Below, in pieces: positions 59,497 to 64,000 of a DNA stretch of 64,000 bases (positions are counted from its first letter, which is position 1; each line of letters opens with the position of its first letter). The translations under genes and the position numbers were made by a program. The stretch comes from the human T2T-CHM13v2.0 reference genome, Homo sapiens. The notes under the pieces are model-generated. The model had not been told where the DNA came from. It searched no databases and saw only the letters and a program-made list of their open reading frames with translations. The stretch lies in NCBI RefSeq assembly GCF_009914755.1, contig NC_060927.1, one strand, 5' to 3'.

Positions 59497-59568
59497 ATTC
59501 CCTCCCCTCCCCTCCCCTCTCCTCCCCTCCCCTCCCCTCTCCTCTCCTCTCCTCCCCTCTCCTCTCCT
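59497..59568. repeat. (CCCCT/CCTCT)n pyrimidine pentamer repeat
   Basis: Directly visible within the L1 5'UTR. Confidence 0.9.
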
Positions 59569-59667
59569 CAAGCAGAAGGAAGTAGTCTCTCCTGGAACTG
59601 TGAACTGTGCTGTCTGGGGTTGGAAGAGGGGTAACATAAGCACTCCTTTGGCCACCCCGGCAATCAC

Positions 59668-59876
59668 TTGGATGGTTACAACCTTCTTTAAACCTCCTTT
59701 TCCAGTCTAGTCCTCATCTAACCTCCACTCTGATGCAGGAGTGGTCTTTGTAAAAAAAAAAAAAAAAAAAATCCCAATCATGCCCCTCTTTGCTAAATTT
59801 CTTTGTAACCTTCCATTACCAAAATAGGAATTCCAGAGCTGAATCTTCATCAAAATTACCTGGGGAGCTTAAAATA

Positions 59877-59923
<47 letters not shown>

Positions 59924-59924
59924 G
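59668..59924 (+). repeat. Direct copy of 61371-61617 inserted in the L1 5'UTR (includes poly-A and (CA)n)
   Basis: Collinear match with about a dozen differences outside the simple repeats. Confidence 0.9.
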
Positions 59925-60535
59925 GTTGCATGACCCCCCAAGTCCACTGGCTCAGAGCCCAGCACAGCACCAGGACCTGCCCAGGAACTGTAGTTCTTAT
60001 GGCCGAGACTGCACTTCAAGTTTATTTAGGACCACAGAGCACCTTGCCCATAGTGGCAGGGCCTGCTGGAACTCAGGTTCTGACCACTAGGATGCAATTC
60101 CCCTCTGGATAGAGCTGATCTAAATGCTCCCTTCATGGGTACCCACTGAGTTCTGCCCGGTGTTACTTTCTCCTGTGACAGGGAAGCACTGAGTTCCAAT
60201 GCAAAATCCCACAATCACCGTGTTCTCCCTCCCCTGTGTACAGATTCTCTCTCTGTGCCATGCTTCCACGGCCACTGCCGGGGGATGGGGGAGGGGTGGT
60301 GCAGGTGATTCAAGACTGTCTTTTCTACCCTATCAGTGCCTCTTTCCTGAATATGATGTTATAACCAGGTACTGTGATCATTCATCTGACTTCTGGTTCT
60401 TATGAAAGTACTTTTTTTGTACGGATAGTTGTTCAATTTGGTGTTCATGTGGAGGGGGAGTGGCAATCACTGGAGGTTTCTATTTGGTTATCTCACTCCA
60501 CCTCCTCCTCTAAGTTTCTTTTGTGTATTATAACC

Positions 60536-60618
60536 GTTAGGTTGAACTATATGAAATTGTTGATAATGAACTGTTTTCACCTACAAAAATGGCAATTTTC
60601 TACAATCCCACCAAATAT
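60536..60618. mobile_element. MADE2 mariner MITE
   Basis: 'ttaggttgaactatatgaaattg...cctacaaaaatggcaatttt', ~80 bp with degenerate terminal inverted repeats. Confidence 0.7.
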
Positions 60619-61289
60619 AGGTAGTTGTCTGTGTGAGATAAGAGGTCAAAGATAAAAGATTACACAGTTTTAATTTTTTTCTTTTGGGTCCTTGAGGTTA
60701 TTTGATATGGCTGTGAATAATTTTATCTTTGGTACAAAAAGTTTTATTTAAGTGAATTGTTCAACAATGTGCTTTAAAATATCCTAATAAACAAACCCAA
60801 CATTTACATCACTAAAGGTACAACAAAATTTTAAACACTATGGTGGAGCTGAATTTCATTTAAAATAAAATTCCAATTTTCTAGCTTTTTGTGGATGAGC
60901 ATTTGAAAGTTTGTACTGTCAATTGTTTTACTCCATAAATATTTGCTACCAAAACAAGTGTTCATTTTGGCCTGTGAGCTATAGAATTATTTTAGAAGGC
61001 CCTAGAAACACCAATATAACTTCTTGGTAGCACTGTTAATAAAGGGTGTACTGAGTTGCTCATTCAACATGACACCTACTCTACTTACTGGCTTTAAAGG
61101 ATCCACAGAGCTGAAAAATTTATTAAACATTCACCAGCAACGATAAGAATTAGACCCTATGCTTTCTGTGCATATGAAAACTTTAAAACTTACCCTCCCC
61201 AACCAAATACAAAAAAACACTACTCTGGACATGCTAACCACAAAGCAAAATAATCAACCAAGCTTAAATCTAATCCACAAGGGTTGTTA

Positions 61290-62340
61290 ATTCAGTTTCC
61301 TACCTTTCACCCAAATATGCTTCCTCACTCTCTTGCCACTGCTCTAATTTGGGCCTTCATCAACTATTATTTGGATTGTTACAACCTTCTTTAAACTTCG
61401 TCTTCCAGTCTAGTCCTCATCTAATCTCCACTCTGATGCAGGAGTGGTCTTTGTTAAAAAAAAAAAAAAAAAAAAAATCCAATTGTGCCCCTTCTTGCTA
61501 AATATCTTTGTGACCTTCCATTACCAAAATAGGAATTCCAGAGCTGAATCTTCATCAAAATCACCTGGGGAGCTTAAAATAGACACACACACACACACGC
61601 ATGCATGCACACATACGCATGCATGCACACATACGCACACAGATATGTGTGCATATGTGTGTATATATATATGGATATAAACAAATACATGTGTGTATAT
61701 ATTTTTTATTTATCTTGGCTCAACTCTAGGCTTACTAATTCCAAACATTTGCAAAGTAGCTCTATGGAATCTATGTTTTTTTAAAAATAAAAGTGATTCT
61801 GATATTCAGTGTATCTGGGAAGCAGATATACTGCCTAGAAGATAAAGTCCAAGCTTCTAGAAAGGCACAACAGAGCCTGTATGATGTGATCATTATGTCC
61901 ACACCTCCTGGCTTTCTTCCTCATGCTACCTTTTCCCAGTCATACTGACTTGTTTTTCATTCTCTCACCATGCCGTTTTTACTCATGTTTAGCATATGCT
62001 CTGTCCTCTGCCTATAGGCCTCTACTCATTTTGCTTCAACTTTGTTTATCTCATAAGCTCTTGCTTATTATTTATGCCTCAGTTCAAATGTTGTCTTCTC
62101 TGACTTTTTAAAAAGAAATGTCTCCAGGAAATTTAAAGGATCCTTTTTCATGCTTTCAGGCATTCTTGTTCCCACCTCTGTTGCTATATTCAATGTGATG
62201 TAAATATTTATGCCCTCACTTCTCCTCAAATCAGTTCAAAGACTAAAGTCTTTTTTTATTAACAATGCAAGCACCTACTATAACATCATGTGAATGGAGG
62301 TGCTCCAATGTTGAATTCAGTGACTGAATGAACAAATATA
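61290..62340 (+). mobile_element. L2 fragments interrupted by a MER5-like element (~61530-61830) and a (CA/TA)n repeat
   Basis: L2-like body ending 'gctccaatgttgaattcagtgactgaatgaac'; MER5-like 'tcaaaatcacctggggagctt...gtgattctgat'. Confidence 0.55.
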
Positions 62341-63689
62341 GTGTTAATGAGCTCTTGCTATTCAAATAGCAAATATACAAAAATTAGAAGATCCAACTCA
62401 ACTGCTTTACTGTTTATTGATTCAACTAACATGGATGATCACATTCAATGGCCCATGCATGGTGCTTGGTATTTCCCTCTACAGTATCTTGTTAAATCTT
62501 CTTAGTGATCCATGGGAAGGCATAGGATTTATTTATCTGTACTTAACCTTATAGTTGAGGTAAAGACAGAACTCAGACCCGGATCTTCTGTCTTAATTCT
62601 GTAAGTTCTTTCTTCACACTCTCATAGCCTTACTTCAGTAAAAATAACAACCATATCAGAGAAAATTCTTTTGGGACTCAGAAGAATGAATTGAGGCCAT
62701 GTCCCATTACATTCTAGAAGAATATTTTTCAGGATTTATTTTATAAACATTTCAATAAAACATTTGCATGTGAAGCAGGTCTTAATAAACATTCATGTCC
62801 TGACCAAACAATTTTCTTCTTCTGTTACGGGAACTTGAGCTATAAAGGCAAGAGGCATGAAAGAATATCAGCAAAGCACTTTATGACAACCATCCTGGTG
62901 AGCCAGTAACTCAGAGAAAGGTAATTACAAGAATCATCAGAAAGTGTTCTCAGCCCTAATAAAAGCTTTTCCTTGGGGAAGCTCTTGCTGGTAGTTATTC
63001 ACACAAATTATTTCTCAGAAGCCCACAGCAGATTGCCTAGACCAATTTTCAATTAAACTTCACTGCTTTCAAAGTGGTGAAAGAGTGAAAGGCTTTTTTT
63101 TTTTTTTTTAAGAGAGCAGTTTTCTGCTAACAAATAACTATGTGCCATGGTATGAAATTTAATAGTAGTTGTGGCATTGTATAACAAAAAGTAAACTGCA
63201 GTATATGAACTTAACAAATTCTTGGTCTAGATGCTGCTAGCTTATTCTTTCCTAGAGGCGTCAAGCAGTGACAAATCATGAAAAAGGTACTACCTTGGCT
63301 CTTGATTCCATGGCAGACTGTAGAGGTATCTAAAGTAAGGCTAATCATCTTAGCAAGAATTATGAGTGAGGTTCTATTACGGTTTTCCCTGCATTTTTGT
63401 GTACTAGCATATTACTGGTGGATATTAATGTGAAACTTATTAATAATATCATAGCCAAAGACTCTATAAATATAATTGATATGCCTACTCTATATTTCCA
63501 TTGCTTATTTTGTATTTTGACCTTTAATGAGAGCTAATATATCACAAAAATATATTGATATGATTATCTCAAAAAGCTATAATTTCCTTGAGGGCAGGGA
63601 CTGTGATTTAATATTTTTTGTTTTATTAATATTTGAATGAATGAAATAATGGAATATGTATCATCACATTTTCGATCATGAATAATAAA

Positions 63690-63985
63690 CATTTGCTTTT
63701 GCCAGCCTGGCATCATTTCCTTCTTCTTCTGGCAATGCCACTTCCATTATCCTATGGAAAATCACTCCTTCCTCACTCTCAATGCACATAGTATGGAAAT
63801 GGGATGGGGCGGGGTGGGGTGGAAAAATAACTTTAACATTAATCCCAGACATGGCAAAACTATATATTCCCTTCCTTTGGCTCAGTGATTCACAGATAGG
63901 CATGTAAGTAAAATTGGTTCAAATGGAGTGAATCTTGGGACTTTTGCTGGGTTCACTGGAAAAGAGTTACTCTCTTTATTTTCAG
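63690..63985 (+). mobile_element. Old MLT1-type LTR fragment
   Basis: Resembles the start of the 6085-6612 element ('ttcttctggcaa', 'ttggctcagtgatt', 'cttgggacttttgctg'). Confidence 0.4.
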
Positions 63986-64000
63986 ATTGGCGAAATAATA

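Larger units (their letters stand above)
52470..60510 (-). mobile_element. 3'-truncated L1MA-type LINE (5'UTR, ORF1, ORF2 start) hosting several insertions
   Basis: 5' terminus reverse complement 'ctccacctcctc' at ~60500, ORF1 remnants (ORF 57731-58006, EKEFRILS..FNKEIEIIK) and endonuclease-region sequence near 52.5 kb. Confidence 0.8.

Overview
Primate (catarrhine/hominoid-type) genomic DNA, recognisable from Alu, L1PA and MaLR elements. The only genic signal I can support is a CpG island at ~1.75-2.6 kb. It looks like the promoter and first exon(s) of an unidentified minus-strand gene that runs off the left edge, with three candidate GT donors, one preceded by an in-frame ATG (MYQGHMQ). The other ~61 kb is upstream/intergenic, AT-rich and repeat-rich. 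It holds old L2, MIR, MER5 and MLT1 fragments, probable CR1/L3 and RTE-clade fossils, a young 5'-truncated L1PA3-like copy with an open ORF2 C-terminus, and a ~23 kb nested transposon pile (37.5-60.5 kb). That pile contains two complete MST elements, solo LTRs, several L1s and Alus. I found no evidence of a new protein-coding or RNA system. The most unusual signals are DNA-level events: a ~250 bp templated insertion copied from 1.7 kb away, a perfect 42 bp Alu-derived inverted repeat around a palindromic AT block, and a twin-primed L1. Repeat subfamily names come from my recollection of consensus sequences, and boundaries of old elements are approximate.
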